A stretch of 64,000 nucleotides of DNA from Candidatus Magasanikiibacteriota bacterium (GCA_026396515.1 JAPLWQ010000001.1:564-64563); one strand, 5' to 3'; shown: positions 1 to 10,547, counted from the first letter of the stretch. Notes: generated by a model not told the origin, from the letters alone. Made by a program: numbers and translations.

Positions 1-45
1 ACAGCAGATAATTGAGGGAAAGAAGAAATAGTTTATTGTTAAATA

Positions 46-76
46 AAAAAATCCTCAGCCTTGGGCTGAGGATTTT
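46..76. terminator. Rho-independent terminator hairpin, copy 1 of a repeated terminator
   Basis: aaaaaaatcctcagccttgggctgaggattttttt: GC stem flanked by A-run and T-run, immediately 3' of minus ORF 88..462. Near-identical copy at 57172..57202. Confidence 0.6.
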
Positions 77-87
77 TTTGGTATTTT

Positions 88-462
88 TTATCCGGTTTGT
101 TTATATCGTTGCGGTTCATGTTCAATTTCAAACGGCTCATCATCTGTTCCGGTGGCACCGAGTTCAACAGCATTGCTCATATCCACTTCATGTTTTAGAG
201 CGCTGATTTTATCCTTTTGCATTTCAGTAAATGATTTATCCTTTATATTTATCGCTCCTTTGTCAACCATTTCAATACCCTTCGCATTCGGGTCATAATC
301 CAAATTGGTTTTTCTTCCTAAGCTGCTGCGGGAAGTAACGAGACCTTCAAAAGTCGCCTGTGCTGTAGCTTCGTCAACTTGTTTTTCCAGGTCCGTTTCT
401 TTTTTGGAAGTTTTAGCGCGCCATTTTGACCAATCTTGTCCGCCCGTTTCAGGTGTGGGCAT
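88..462 (-). CDS. hypothetical protein (124 aa, K/E-rich)
   Basis: ORF followed by the terminator at 46..76. No recognisable motif. Confidence 0.45.
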   Translation of the reverse strand: MPTPETGGQDWSKWRAKTSKKETDLEKQVDEATAQATFEGLVTSRSSLGRKTNLDYDPNAKGIEMVDKGAINIKDKSFTEMQKDKISALKHEVDMSNAVELGATGTDDEPFEIEHEPQRYKQTG

Positions 463-780
463 AGATTAAATATTAGGTAAACACAAAAGATATTATAGCA
501 CATTTTGGCGTTTTTGTCAACCCTATTAAATAGCCAAGGTTAGCCATTTTTTATTCTTTTTACTTTCGCAATTTTTTAGAATAATATTTAATTATTGAAT
601 AATATTTAACAGGGTCAATGCTCATTTTTGTCTAGTTTCAGCAAAATAATGCTTTCTTTGTATGCCCGGTTTGTCATATATTGACATAAAATCGCGGTTG
701 TGTTAGGTTTAGTCGTTCGGCCTTTGGCCGAAATTTGACCTTTAAACAAAGCAAGAAAAACTTGCGGAAAGGATTGGGAA

Positions 781-2019
781 ATGAGCGAAAAAAAAGTGGG
801 CTTTGCCCGTGATGAAATCATCAGCTTGCTGGTGATGCTCCTCGCGCGCGTGCCACGGCCACCCAACGACGACGATGTGGAGCGACTACTCGGTTTGCTC
901 GAACTCGCCAGCAAGAAGTACGTGGCCCTCCTGTGTGAGGCCATCGGTCACGCACTTCCACAGGCGCGAATCGACAAGAACGATCCGGTTGGGGCGGTCA
1001 CACAGTTCATCACGATGAGTGTGCGTCTCGTGAAAGAAGATCAGGTCGCTTCGTACATTTCTTACATCCTCGAGATCGACAAGGGCTCGGACGAGTACAA
1101 ACCGCTGCAGGAAACAGTCACTCGGCAGATGGCCGGGTCGTCGCCGAAGATCAAGCGCGAACAAGCGCTCGGCGACGCGGAGAAGCAGCGACAGGAGCTG
1201 GACGCGCTGGTCAATAAGATCATGCAGGGCCAGCAGACCATCGAACAGAAGCGTACTGAGCTCGGCGATGTCTATCACCAGATCGAGCAGATGAAGCAGG
1301 ACGTCGACAGCGCAGAGCGCGATGCGATTGCGACCGAGATTCTCGCTCAAGGGAAGCTCGAGGTGGCCACTGCGCGGACCCATCAGGCCGAGGCGAGATT
1401 GCAGGAAGCGGAAATGACCGAGGCAGCAGCCTTCCGCCAGCTGGAGTCGGCCGAGATGCGGATCGTGGCCGCGAATACGGCTGCGGAAAGCGGTCGCATT
1501 CGCGACAACCGCCTGGTCAAACAGGCACTGTCCGAGGTCGGCGTCATCTTCCCTGACAACGAGGCGCTCGCGGCCATGGCCGACGAGGTCAACGAGAACA
1601 ACGCGGTGATCGTAGCGAGACAGCTGGTGAACCAACTGTTGCGCGACGTCATCACCCGTCTGACCCTCGAGACCCGCGATCTGGCCAGCGAACGCGAGGA
1701 TCTGGTCGCCCAGAGCAAGGAGCTCGAGAACCTGCGCGCCACGAAGGCCCGGGTGATGCAGGAGATCAGAGACATCGAGGCGGTGCTTGCCGAACTCTTC
1801 GCGGATCTCTCTTCCCGGCGATCCTCCCTCCAGCAGAAGGAGGACGAGAAGCTGGCTGTCGTGGCCGAGTGTGAGAAGGAGGCCTTCAACCTGCAGAAGG
1901 CGATCGCCGACGCCCAGGCCAGGATGGCCCAGGCTCGGGAGTCCCTGCGTACGACGCTCGAGCAGGAGATCTCTTCAGCGATGACCTCGCTGAAGCAGCA
2001 CGTGCCCGCTAAAGGTTAA
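781..2019 (+). CDS. hypothetical coiled-coil protein, GC-rich (compositionally foreign)
   Basis: ATG at 781 after an AT-rich region. 412 aa with A/E/Q/R/L-rich heptad-like repeats. GCC/CGC/GAG-type codons unlike the flanking genes. Long antisense ORFs typical of high-GC coding. Confidence 0.6.
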   Translation: MSEKKVGFARDEIISLLVMLLARVPRPPNDDDVERLLGLLELASKKYVALLCEAIGHALPQARIDKNDPVGAVTQFITMSVRLVKEDQVASYISYILEIDKGSDEYKPLQETVTRQMAGSSPKIKREQALGDAEKQRQELDALVNKIMQGQQTIEQKRTELGDVYHQIEQMKQDVDSAERDAIATEILAQGKLEVATARTHQAEARLQEAEMTEAAAFRQLESAEMRIVAANTAAESGRIRDNRLVKQALSEVGVIFPDNEALAAMADEVNENNAVIVARQLVNQLLRDVITRLTLETRDLASEREDLVAQSKELENLRATKARVMQEIRDIEAVLAELFADLSSRRSSLQQKEDEKLAVVAECEKEAFNLQKAIADAQARMAQARESLRTTLEQEISSAMTSLKQHVPAKG

Positions 2020-2045
2020 CCGCTTTTTTTCTTGACTTAGAAACC

Positions 2046-2090
2046 CACCCCCTGTACCGCTACTCGGTCCAGGGGGTTTTTATTTTTTTA
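2046..2090 (+). terminator. Rho-independent terminator after the GC-rich ORF
   Basis: cccccctg...cagggggtttttattttttt hairpin plus T-run just 3' of the stop at 2017-2019. Confidence 0.55.
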
Positions 2091-2091
2091 A

Positions 2092-2120
2092 TTGACATTT
2101 TCAGATAAATTGATAATATA
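2092..2120 (+). promoter_or_regulatory. sigma70-like promoter (TTGACA-16-TAATAT)
   Basis: Near-consensus -35/-10 about 30 nt upstream of ORF 2149. Confidence 0.4.
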
Positions 2121-2148
2121 GTGGCACTTGCTAATATAATAATTTTTC

Positions 2149-2658
2149 ATGAATTCAAAACAATTAAAACGGTTGTTTAACTTAATCCGTGAAACAGGTG
2201 ACAGGTTAATAATTGCCGACAATGAATCGGATGATGTTTTTGCCGTTATGTCTCTTCCCGAATATGAAAATTTGGCCCAATTAAGGAAAATGGATTGGAC
2301 TCCGGACGAAGTGCCGGCTCTTATTCCGCGCCAAATTGGCGATTTAAACGAACAGGAAATGTTGGAAAAGATAAACCACGACATTGCTGATTGGAGAGGT
2401 GTGCAAAAGAAAAATGAAGCAGAAATGGCAGTTGAAGACATGGTGGAAAGTAATATCGAAGCAGAGGATGCAGTTGAAGAAATAGCGCCTGATTCAGCCA
2501 AAAAAACAGCAATGCCTAGAATAGCCGACGTGCTAAATGACGAGGTATATCGTGAGCGAAAATTTGATGACAAACCAAGAGTCGGCTGGGTAGAAGAAGA
2601 GGATTTGTCTACTGTCCCGCATGAAGAGGAAAAGTTCTATTTGGAACCGGTTGAGTAA
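2149..2658 (+). CDS. hypothetical acidic protein (169 aa)
   Basis: ATG ORF with promoter upstream. Glu/Asp-rich C-terminal half. No recognisable motif. Confidence 0.5.
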   Translation: MNSKQLKRLFNLIRETGDRLIIADNESDDVFAVMSLPEYENLAQLRKMDWTPDEVPALIPRQIGDLNEQEMLEKINHDIADWRGVQKKNEAEMAVEDMVESNIEAEDAVEEIAPDSAKKTAMPRIADVLNDEVYRERKFDDKPRVGWVEEEDLSTVPHEEEKFYLEPVE

Positions 2659-2674
2659 TCCACAATCCACCCCC

Positions 2675-2702
2675 TTGCCAAATTCCTAAAATCTGCTATA
2701 AT
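2675..2702 (+). promoter_or_regulatory. sigma70-like promoter (TTGCCA-16-TATAAT) upstream of tuf
   Basis: cttgccaaattcctaaaatctgctataat. Followed by a ~145-nt leader before the tuf ATG. Confidence 0.45.
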
Positions 2703-2848
2703 CTTCTAATGTAAATTGGAGTAGACGGCTCTAAAGTTTTTAGTGCCGTATACTGAACAATAATATATTTACATATATATTTAGTGAAGCGGCTGGTCTA
2801 CAAATCTGCGCCGACCACTCGGCGGCAGTGCCGTGAATAATAAACCAT

Positions 2849-4039
2849 ATGGCTGAGTTTGTAAGAACCAAGCCACATGTCAACATTGGTACAATTGGCC
2901 ATGTTGACCACGGTAAGACAACTCTTACCGCTGCGATACTTGCTGTATTGAGCTCTCACGGAATGACTGCTCAAAGCAAAGGCGTTGATGATTTGGATAA
3001 AGCCCCGGAGTCAAAGGCCCGCGGCATTACCATTTCCACCGCCCATGTTGAGTATGAAACAGAAAAGCGCCATTACGCGCACGTAGACTGTCCGGGACAT
3101 GCCGATTATGTGAAGAACATGATTACCGGCGCAGCTCAGATGGACGGTGCTATCTTAGTGGTTTCCGCCGCTGACGGTCCGATGCCGCAGACCCGTGAGC
3201 ACATTGTGCTTGCCCGTCAAGTAGGCGTGCCGTACATTGTTGTGTTTTTGAACAAGGTTGATCAGGTTTCCGACCCGGAATTGATTGACTTGGTTGAAGC
3301 GGAAATTCGAGATTTGCTCAAGAAATATGATTTCCCTGGCGATACAACTCCGATTATCCGCGGCAGCGCCCTGCAAGCTTTGCAGAATCCGACTGATGAA
3401 GCTGCTTCAAAGCCGATTTTAGAATTGATGAAAATCGTTGATGAATATATTCCTGAACCGGTTCGAGCCGTTGACCAGCCGTTTCTTATGCCTGTGGAGG
3501 ATGTTTTCTCCATTGAAGGCAGGGGTACTGTGGTGACCGGACGTATCGATCGTGGCATGGTTCACGTCAATGATGAAGTTGATATTGTCGGTTTGAAAGA
3601 AGAGAAAATGAAAACCGTGGTGACCGGTATTGAAATGTTTAACAAGAGTTTGAAAGAAGGCCGAGCCGGTGATAATGCAGGCATCTTGCTTCGCGGTACC
3701 AAAAAGGAAGAAGTGGAGCGTGGTATGGTATTAGCCAAACCGGGTTCTATCAATCCGCATACCGAATTTGAAGCCCAGGTGGTTGTGCTCACCAAAGAAG
3801 AAGGCGGCCGACACAAACCGTTTTTCAAGGGTTACAAACCGCAGTTTTACATCAGAACTACTGATGTAACCGGCGAAGTGATCCTGCCGGAAGGCACAGA
3901 AATGGTTATGCCGGGCGATACAATTAGTTTCTCGGTGAAATTAATCAAGCCGGTGGCCATTGAAGAAAAAATGAAATTCGCCATCCGCGAAGGCGGTAAA
4001 ACCGTCGGCGCTGGCGTGGTAACAAAAATTAATAAATAA
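2849..4039 (+). CDS. tuf: elongation factor Tu
   Basis: [22 protein letters not shown] GTPase motifs. 396 aa. Confidence 0.97.
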   Translation: MAEFVRTKPHVNIGTIGHVDHGKTTLTAAILAVLSSHGMTAQSKGVDDLDKAPESKARGITISTAHVEYETEKRHYAHVDCPGHADYVKNMITGAAQMDGAILVVSAADGPMPQTREHIVLARQVGVPYIVVFLNKVDQVSDPELIDLVEAEIRDLLKKYDFPGDTTPIIRGSALQALQNPTDEAASKPILELMKIVDEYIPEPVRAVDQPFLMPVEDVFSIEGRGTVVTGRIDRGMVHVNDEVDIVGLKEEKMKTVVTGIEMFNKSLKEGRAGDNAGILLRGTKKEEVERGMVLAKPGSINPHTEFEAQVVVLTKEEGGRHKPFFKGYKPQFYIRTTDVTGEVILPEGTEMVMPGDTISFSVKLIKPVAIEEKMKFAIREGGKTVGAGVVTKINK

Positions 4040-4098
4040 GTCCTGACAAGGGGGGTGAAATTTTCACCCCCCTTTGTCGTGGAATAACGTTCTTTACC

Positions 4099-4464
4099 AT
4101 GACTTCAGCAACAGCGACAACTAAAGCTCCGGCACCGGCGGCAGTCAAGAAAGCGGTTGAGGCAACCAGAATCCGCATTAAAATTCGCGCCTATGACAAT
4201 AAGATTATTGATCAGGCGACGCGAGTAATTATTGATACTGCGGTACGAAATGATGCCAAAGTAATCGGACCGGTACCGCTTCCGACGGAAAAAAGCAAAT
4301 TTACAGTTAATCGTTCAACTTTTGTGCATAAAAATGCGCGCGAGCAATTTGAAATGCGCGTGCACAAGCGGTTGATTGACATTATGAACGCTTCGCCAAA
4401 GTGCGTAGATGCTCTTATGAGTTTGAGCCTGCCATCCGGCGTGGATGTTGAGATTAAGATGTAA
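4099..4464 (+). CDS. rpsJ: 30S ribosomal protein S10 (with N-terminal Ala/Thr-rich extension)
   Basis: [17 protein letters not shown]...PLPTEK S10 core. Sits between tuf and L3. Confidence 0.9.
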   Translation: MTSATATTKAPAPAAVKKAVEATRIRIKIRAYDNKIIDQATRVIIDTAVRNDAKVIGPVPLPTEKSKFTVNRSTFVHKNAREQFEMRVHKRLIDIMNASPKCVDALMSLSLPSGVDVEIKM

Positions 4465-4499
4465 GTTTGTTTTGGCCCGGTAGAGGCCGGGCCAGGGAC

Positions 4500-4528
4500 T
4501 TGACAAGATAGGAGATTTCAAGTAAAAT
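4500..4528 (+). promoter_or_regulatory. promoter-like TTGACA-17-TAAAAT inside the S10-L3 spacer
   Basis: Follows a GC hairpin (4474-4493). Part of an unusual 345-nt structured spacer between rpsJ and rplC. Confidence 0.35.
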
Positions 4529-4730
4529 CGCCACATAGTAATTTGTTGAAAAAACCCAAGTAAATAAGATTTGGCATTTCGACTTTGTCGAAATGGCACT
4601 TGCCTTTTGCGGGTGCGCCCTATGGGCTAAAAAAACATTTAAGCGGGTTTTGGCGACAAGGGGAATAAATATTGAAAAATCAAGTAAACAGGCCATTTTA
4701 ATCCGCAGTTTTTTGACGGATTGTTCATGG

Positions 4731-4783
4731 CTAGAAGCAATAGGATTGAAATATTTTTCAGTATTATTGCTTCTAGTTTTTTG
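4731..4783 (+). terminator. strong hairpin plus T-run (terminator/attenuator-like) about 50 nt upstream of rplC
   Basis: ctagaagcaata...tattgcttctag 12-bp stem followed by ttttttg. Confidence 0.45.
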
Positions 4784-4833
4784 TTAAACTAATCGGTTAT
4801 CTCCGCCAAATGGGATGGGTGCGGAGCAATGAC

Positions 4834-5556
4834 ATGAAAAATATGAAGTTTATTATCGGAAAAAAAATTGGCATGACACAGGTGTTTTCGTCCTTGGGCG
4901 AAATGACTCCGGTTACTCGGGTGAAGGCCGGGCCGTGTCAGATTGTACAGATCAAAAATACGGACAAAAACAATGCCCGTTCAGTTGAGATTGGATTTGG
5001 CGAGATTAAAGATTTTCGCATGAACAAGCCTCGCGCCGGACATCTGAAAGGTTTAACACCGGTACGGGAGTTGCGCTCATTTAATGTTGAAAAAACCGAG
5101 GGATTAGATCGCGGTACCACTATTACAGCGGCAATATTCTCCGTCGGCGACATCGTTACCGTGGAGGGCGTATCTAAAGGAAAAGGTTTTGCCGGCGTGG
5201 TAAAACGGCATCATTTTGCCGGAGCTCCGGCAACACACGGTCACAAGCATGATTTGCGGTCTCCAGGTTCAATCGGAGCGGGTGGTGTCCAGCGCGTTTT
5301 TAAAGGTATGCGTATGGCTGGCCGGATGGGCGGCGCCCCGGTAACTGTGAAGAACTTGGAAATTGTGGAAGTGCATCCGGAAAGCAATGAGCTCTATATT
5401 AAGGGCGCGGTGCCTGGCGCCAGAAATGGAATTTTAGAAATTTATTGTCCGGGCGAGTTGGTTATTGCCAAAACAGAAGATAAACCGTCAGAAGAGCCGG
5501 TAGTTGAAACGGCCGCGGCTGAGACGCCGGCAGAAACTGCTCCGATAAACGAATAA
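4834..5556 (+). CDS. rplC: 50S ribosomal protein L3
   Basis: GMTQVF...KGKGFAGV L3 motifs. ATG at 4834 after gcggag. The ORF-track start at 4810 is a 5' extension. Confidence 0.9.
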   Translation: MKNMKFIIGKKIGMTQVFSSLGEMTPVTRVKAGPCQIVQIKNTDKNNARSVEIGFGEIKDFRMNKPRAGHLKGLTPVRELRSFNVEKTEGLDRGTTITAAIFSVGDIVTVEGVSKGKGFAGVVKRHHFAGAPATHGHKHDLRSPGSIGAGGVQRVFKGMRMAGRMGGAPVTVKNLEIVEVHPESNELYIKGAVPGARNGILEIYCPGELVIAKTEDKPSEEPVVETAAAETPAETAPINE

Positions 5557-5558
5557 GT

Positions 5559-6194
5559 ATGAAAATAAAAGTATACAATTTAGAAGGCAAAGAATCTTCC
5601 GAAATGGATTTGGATGATAAAATTTTTGGCGTTAAAATTAAGCCTGAAGTTGTTCACGAGGTTTTTGTCGCTCAAATGAATAACAGCCGTGAACCGTGGG
5701 CAGACACAAAAACACGCGGTGAAGTGCGCGGCGGCGGTAAAAAGCCGTGGCAACAGAAAGGCACCGGGCGCGCGCGCCATGGATCCATTCGTTCGCCGAT
5801 CTGGGTTGGCGGCGGTGTAACTTTTGGCCCGCTTTCTACGCGTAATTATAAAAGCAAAATTAATAAGAATACCCGCCGCGTGGCGCTAAAAATGTGTTTA
5901 AGCGATAAAGCCCAATCCGGCGCTTTGTGGGTGGTTGAAAATTTCTCATTCACTGAACCGAAAACAAAAATTTTCGCTTCTTTCATGAAGAAAATACCCG
6001 TCGCGCAGAAATCATTTTTGATTCTGACCGGCGAGAGTGATGGTCAGGTTTATCGCATGTCAAGAAATTTGAAAAAGATAGAATCCATTCCGGCGCGCGA
6101 GGCGAGTGTTGTTTCAGTATTGAATAAGCAGGCAATCATTACAAGTAAATCCGGTATTGCCGAGTTGGAAAATATTTTATCAAAGAAGGCCTAA
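5559..6194 (+). CDS. rplD: 50S ribosomal protein L4
   Basis: Position in cluster. [13 protein letters not shown]4 motif. Confidence 0.9.
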   Translation: MKIKVYNLEGKESSEMDLDDKIFGVKIKPEVVHEVFVAQMNNSREPWADTKTRGEVRGGGKKPWQQKGTGRARHGSIRSPIWVGGGVTFGPLSTRNYKSKINKNTRRVALKMCLSDKAQSGALWVVENFSFTEPKTKIFASFMKKIPVAQKSFLILTGESDGQVYRMSRNLKKIESIPAREASVVSVLNKQAIITSKSGIAELENILSKKA

Positions 6195-6206
6195 TTGCAA
6201 AGATAT

Positions 6207-6590
6207 ATGGGATTACTCAACCGCAAAAAGAAGGAAGAAAAACCGGTCGAACCGCCGGAAAAGTTTGAAGCACCCGCTGAAATACAAAAGGGTTCCGCTT
6301 CAAGCGTTTCTTCAAGCCGGGTGATCGTGAAACCATTGGTAACTGAAAAGGCCGCCGTGGCCCAGAGCTTAAATAAGTACGCCTTTATTGTGCGCCGGGA
6401 AGCAACAAAAGAACAGATAAAAAAGGCGGTAAATGATATTTATGGAGTGATGCCAGTTTCGGTAAATGTTATCCATGTGGAAGGCAAGGCGCGCCGATAC
6501 GGACAATACACAGGCCGCCGGGGGGATTTTAAAAAAGCGTTTGTTACTTTGCCAAAAGGCAAGACCATCGCCATTCACGAAGGCGTATAA
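6207..6590 (+). CDS. rplW: 50S ribosomal protein L23 (N-terminal extension)
   Basis: L23 core VIVKPLVTEKA...YAFIV. The ORF-track start at 6195 is TTG; first ATG is at 6207. Confidence 0.85.
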   Translation: MGLLNRKKKEEKPVEPPEKFEAPAEIQKGSASSVSSSRVIVKPLVTEKAAVAQSLNKYAFIVRREATKEQIKKAVNDIYGVMPVSVNVIHVEGKARRYGQYTGRRGDFKKAFVTLPKGKTIAIHEGV

Positions 6591-6611
6591 AAAGAGTATA
6601 GAAAAAAGAAT

Positions 6612-7451
6612 ATGCCAATTAGAATTTACAAACCAACTTCACCGGGGCGCCGCCATTCAAGCGTTGACGCTTTTTCAGATATTACAAAATCCGAACCGGA
6701 AAAATCTTTAGTGACGATTTTGCAGCCAAAATCAGGCCGCAATAATCAGGGTGTTATTACCGTACGCCATAAATCCGGCGGAGCAAAAAAATTATATCGC
6801 TTGGTTGATTTTAAGCTTCAAAAATATAATGTTGAAGCAGTGGTTTTGGCGATTGAATACGATCCGAACCGCGGTCCGAGAATTGCGCTGATTCAATATA
6901 GCGATGGCGTGAAATCATACATTCTCTGCCCTGAAGGTTTGAAGGTGGGCGATAAGGTTATTTCTTCCGACCACGCCATTGAAGCAAAAGCCGGGATGAG
7001 AATGTCGCTTGAACACATGCCAATCGGCTTGTTTATACATAATATTGAATTGACGGCCGGAAAAGGCGGGCAGTTGGTGCGCGGAGCAGGTCTTAGCGCT
7101 CAATTGGTCGGTTTTGAAGGTGAATGTGCACAGATAAAATTACCGTCAGGTGAGATTCGCTCGGTACGCAAGCAGTGCGCCGCTTCAATTGGCGCGCTCG
7201 GCAATGCCGATCGCCGTTTAATTCGCTGGGGCAAGGCCGGACGAATGCGCCACCGCGGCATTAAACCGACGGTAAAAGGTAAGAATATGAATCCGGTGGA
7301 TCACCCGCATGGAGGTGGTGAGGGGCATTCTCCAATCGGTCAGAAAAGGGGTCCCCAGACCGTTTATGGTAAAACAGCGCAGGGCGTGCGCACCCGCGGG
7401 AGAAAGAAATGGAGCAATAAATTTATTATTAAATCGCGCCGCAATAAATAA
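6612..7451 (+). CDS. rplB: 50S ribosomal protein L2
   Basis: NPVDHPHGGGEG L2 signature. Confidence 0.95.
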   Translation: MPIRIYKPTSPGRRHSSVDAFSDITKSEPEKSLVTILQPKSGRNNQGVITVRHKSGGAKKLYRLVDFKLQKYNVEAVVLAIEYDPNRGPRIALIQYSDGVKSYILCPEGLKVGDKVISSDHAIEAKAGMRMSLEHMPIGLFIHNIELTAGKGGQLVRGAGLSAQLVGFEGECAQIKLPSGEIRSVRKQCAASIGALGNADRRLIRWGKAGRMRHRGIKPTVKGKNMNPVDHPHGGGEGHSPIGQKRGPQTVYGKTAQGVRTRGRKKWSNKFIIKSRRNK

Positions 7452-7466
7452 GCGCATACTATATAT

Positions 7467-7808
7467 ATGTCCAGAAGTTTGAAAAAAGGCCCTTATATTG
7501 ATCCGCGAGTTCTAAGCAAAGTTTTGGTAATGAAAGCGAGCGGAAAGAAATTGCCGATTAAGACTTGGTCGCGCGCTTGTGTTATTTCACCGGAAATGGT
7601 GAGCACGACTTTCCTTGTCCACAATGGAAAAGATTTTATCAGCGTATATGTGGATGAAAATATGGTCGGGCACCGATTGGGCGAATTTGCATCAACTCGT
7701 AAATTCGTGCGACACGGCGGCAAGATGGCCAAAGAACAAGAGGCCAAGGTAACATCTGCCGGAGCTCCGGCGCCGGCCGCACCGGCAGGTAAAGCCGAGA
7801 AGAAATAA
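7467..7808 (+). CDS. rpsS: 30S ribosomal protein S19 (Ala/Pro-rich C-terminal tail)
   Basis: [13 protein letters not shown]19 N-terminus. Confidence 0.92.
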   Translation: MSRSLKKGPYIDPRVLSKVLVMKASGKKLPIKTWSRACVISPEMVSTTFLVHNGKDFISVYVDENMVGHRLGEFASTRKFVRHGGKMAKEQEAKVTSAGAPAPAAPAGKAEKK

Positions 7809-7817
7809 AAAAATAAT

Positions 7818-8210
7818 ATGACACAGGAAGTTAAAGCAAAATTGAAATTTCTGAAAATGGGCCCGCGTAAAGTCCGGCTTGTTGCCGACTCTATGCGCGG
7901 ACATAAGGTGGTTAAGTTGTTGGAGCGTTTGCCTCTTTCACAGAAATGGGCTGCGTATCCATTGCTTAAGCTTTTAAAATCCGCAGTCGCCAATGCGAAG
8001 ACAAATTTTAAATATGAAATGGACACGCTTAGGGTGAAGAGCATCACCGTGGACGGCGGACCGGTGGTAAAACGCTGGATGCCGAAAGCGCATGGCCGTG
8101 CTACACCGATAAGACAGCGTACCTCCCACATCAATTTGGTTTTGATTTCCGAAGAAAAATTGGAAAAAAAACAGAAAGCAAAGAAGGAAAAAAAGGCGGC
8201 TAAAAAATAA
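7818..8210 (+). CDS. rplV: 50S ribosomal protein L22 (Lys-rich tail)
   Basis: Cluster position. SPRKVRLVAD L22 motif. Confidence 0.9.
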   Translation: MTQEVKAKLKFLKMGPRKVRLVADSMRGHKVVKLLERLPLSQKWAAYPLLKLLKSAVANAKTNFKYEMDTLRVKSITVDGGPVVKRWMPKAHGRATPIRQRTSHINLVLISEEKLEKKQKAKKEKKAAKK

Positions 8211-8225
8211 TATTTGCCAACATAT

Positions 8226-8924
8226 ATGGGTCATAAAGTACATCCAAGAATACACCGCACTCCCTACATTTTTGCCTGGGATTCGAAATGGTTTGCCAGA
8301 AATGAAAGCTTGCCGCTTTATCTTAAACAGGAAATCGGCATCCGAACTTATCTTTGCAAGAAATTGAAAGAAGCAGGAGTTGATTCTATTTCTATTGAAC
8401 GCTCTCCGAAAGACATGCAAATCACAATTCTTGCGGCAAAACCGGGTGTGGTAATCGGCCGGTCCGGCCAGGGTTTGGATGTAATCCGAAAAGAAATTGA
8501 GAAAAAATATTTGCAGCAAAAACAAAAAGTTAAATTGAATATTTTACCGGTAAAACAGCCGGCTCTCTCGGCCGCGATTGTGGCCGGAAATTGTGCCGCT
8601 GAAATTGAGAAACGCATGCCTTTCCGCCGGGTGATGAAGCAAGCGATTGAAAAAGTGATGGCTGCCGGGGCTAAAGGCGTGAAAATAAAAATGGCGGGTC
8701 GTCTGAACGGCGTGGAAATTGCCCGCCGTGAAGTATTATCGGCCGGTAAAATGTCGTTAATTACCTTGCGCAGCGACGTTGATTACGCGCTTACCGAAGC
8801 GCAGACCATTTACGGAAAAATCGGCGTCAAGGTTTGGGTCTATCACGGAGAAGCATTCGGACGCCGCGACAAATTTGAGAAGAAAGAAGAAAGTGAAACC
8901 GTAAAGAAGAATTATCAAAATTAA
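8226..8924 (+). CDS. rpsC: 30S ribosomal protein S3
   Basis: [12 protein letters not shown]3 N-terminus and KH domain. The ORF-track start at 8214 is TTG; ATG is at 8226. Confidence 0.9.
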   Translation: MGHKVHPRIHRTPYIFAWDSKWFARNESLPLYLKQEIGIRTYLCKKLKEAGVDSISIERSPKDMQITILAAKPGVVIGRSGQGLDVIRKEIEKKYLQQKQKVKLNILPVKQPALSAAIVAGNCAAEIEKRMPFRRVMKQAIEKVMAAGAKGVKIKMAGRLNGVEIARREVLSAGKMSLITLRSDVDYALTEAQTIYGKIGVKVWVYHGEAFGRRDKFEKKEESETVKKNYQN

Positions 8925-8935
8925 ATCCGACAGAT

Positions 8936-9346
8936 ATGTTATTGCCAAAAAAAGTATTACATCGCAAATGGCACAAAGGGCGCCGGCGCGCGAAGGGTAT
9001 TGCCACCAGAGCCAATTGTTTGGCTTTCGGGGAGTTTGGCTTAAAAACGCAGACTCACGGCTGGGTGACCAGCCGGCAGATTGAAGCTGGCCGCCGGGTT
9101 CTTACCCGTTATGTTCGCCGCGGCGGTAAAATTTGGATTCGTATTTTTCCGGATAAGCCGGTAACAAGAAAAGGCAATGAACAGCCGATGGGCGGCGGAA
9201 AGGGCGCTCCGGATCATTATGTTGCCGTAGTAAAACCCGGATCGGTATTGTTTGAAATGGCCGGTATTACAAAAGAATCGGCGGTTGAGGCAATGAAATT
9301 GGCCAGTTATAAATTTGGTTTAAAAACAAAATTTATCGTTAGATAA
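8936..9346 (+). CDS. rplP: 50S ribosomal protein L16
   Basis: MLLPKK..RRRAKG L16 N-terminus. Confidence 0.92.
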   Translation: MLLPKKVLHRKWHKGRRRAKGIATRANCLAFGEFGLKTQTHGWVTSRQIEAGRRVLTRYVRRGGKIWIRIFPDKPVTRKGNEQPMGGGKGAPDHYVAVVKPGSVLFEMAGITKESAVEAMKLASYKFGLKTKFIVR

Positions 9347-9356
9347 TTGATTGGTT

Positions 9357-9545
9357 ATGGATTATCAAGAAATAAAAACTAAGAATGTTAACGAAATCAA
9401 GGGGTTGATTTTAGAGAAAAGTGAAGAACTCCGTGATTTGCGTTTTAAATTGCAGAGTCAACAGCTTAAGGCAATGCACAAGATGCAGGATACAAAAAAG
9501 ATGATTGCCCGGCTGCAAACGGCTTTGAGAGCCACTGCGAAATAA
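9357..9545 (+). CDS. rpmC: 50S ribosomal protein L29
   Basis: Small helical protein between L16 and S17. ATG at 9357; the track start at 9351 is TTG. Confidence 0.8.
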   Translation: MDYQEIKTKNVNEIKGLILEKSEELRDLRFKLQSQQLKAMHKMQDTKKMIARLQTALRATAK

Positions 9546-9570
9546 AATAGCGCAAACTAATAAATATATT

Positions 9571-9831
9571 ATGAATTCCGATAACAAAAAAAATACGATT
9601 AGACGCCAATTTTCCGGCACTGTTGTTTCAGCAGCAATGAATAAGACCGTTGTTGTGAATATTGAAAGCCGTAAATTGCATCCAAAATACAAAAAATATT
9701 ACCGGGTAAATAAAAAATACCATGTTCATGATGAGAAAGGTACTGCCAAAACCGGTGATAAGGTTGTATTTGTTGAGTGTCGGCCGATTTCAAAGACAAA
9801 GCGGTGGAGATTGGTAAGCGTAGCGAGCTAA
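9571..9831 (+). CDS. rpsQ: 30S ribosomal protein S17
   Basis: GTVVSAAMNKTVVV S17 OB-fold. Confidence 0.9.
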   Translation: MNSDNKKNTIRRQFSGTVVSAAMNKTVVVNIESRKLHPKYKKYYRVNKKYHVHDEKGTAKTGDKVVFVECRPISKTKRWRLVSVAS

Positions 9832-9856
9832 TTACAATGCCTAATCAGATAATCGT

Positions 9857-10228
9857 ATGATACAACACCGAACAATGTTAAGTGTGGCGGACAATACCGG
9901 CGCTAAGCGCTTGCAGTGCTTGCGCGTTCTTGGCGGCTACAAAAAGAGATATGCCAGGCTTGGCGATATCGTAACTTGTTCAGTTAAGATCGCTGCCCCG
10001 CGAGGCATGGTTAAAAAAGGCGAGGTAGTTCATGCGGTTTTAGTGCGCGGAAGAAAGGAAACCCGCAGAAAAGACGGCACTTATATCCGTTTTGACGAAA
10101 ATGCCGCAGTAGTCATTGATAGAAAAACAAAAGAGCCGCGCGGTTCCCGTATTTTTGGACCGGTGGCGCGCGAATTGCGCACCAAGGGTTTTCAAAAGAT
10201 TATTTCTTTAGCTCCGGAAGTATTGTAA
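9857..10228 (+). CDS. rplN: 50S ribosomal protein L14
   Basis: [18 protein letters not shown]14 N-terminus. Confidence 0.95.
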   Translation: MIQHRTMLSVADNTGAKRLQCLRVLGGYKKRYARLGDIVTCSVKIAAPRGMVKKGEVVHAVLVRGRKETRRKDGTYIRFDENAAVVIDRKTKEPRGSRIFGPVARELRTKGFQKIISLAPEVL

Positions 10229-10238
10229 TTATATTTTT

Positions 10239-10547
10239 ATGAAAATTAAGACAAACGACAAGGTGAAAGTGGTCGCCGGAAAAGACCGCGGAAAAGAAGG
10301 AAAAGTAATCCAGGTTTTTCCGTCTGCCAATAAAATTGTGGTTGAAGGAATTAATATCATGAAAAAGCATTTGCGGCCGAAAAAGCACGGTGAAAAGGGG
10401 CAAATTATTGAATTGGCCGCGCCGTTTTCAGCTGCCAACGCCCTCATAATTTGTGAAAAGTGTGGTAAGCCGACCCGGGTGGGTTATCGGCTAGACGGTG
10501 ACAAGAAAAAGAGAATTTGCAGAAAATGCAAAGAATTCATTGCATAA
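10239..10547 (+). CDS. rplX: 50S ribosomal protein L24 with C-terminal CxxC...CxxC zinc-ribbon extension
   Basis: KVKVVAGKDRGKEGKV KOW motif. C-terminal CEKCGKPT...CRKCKEF. Confidence 0.9.
   Translation: MKIKTNDKVKVVAGKDRGKEGKVIQVFPSANKIVVEGINIMKKHLRPKKHGEKGQIIELAAPFSAANALIICEKCGKPTRVGYRLDGDKKKRICRKCKEFIA

Noticed and set aside
12-206. 64-aa plus ORF at the window start
   Set aside because: Overlaps the terminator and the 3' end of the minus gene. Hydrophobic junk. No SD.
886-1889. Minus-strand ORFs of 249 and 168 aa inside the 781-2019 gene
   Set aside because: Antisense artefacts of the GC-rich coding region. The sense ORF has an SD-like sequence, a proper start and a terminator.
7493-8134. 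213-aa minus ORF across rpsS and rplV
   Set aside because: Antisense to highly conserved ribosomal protein genes.
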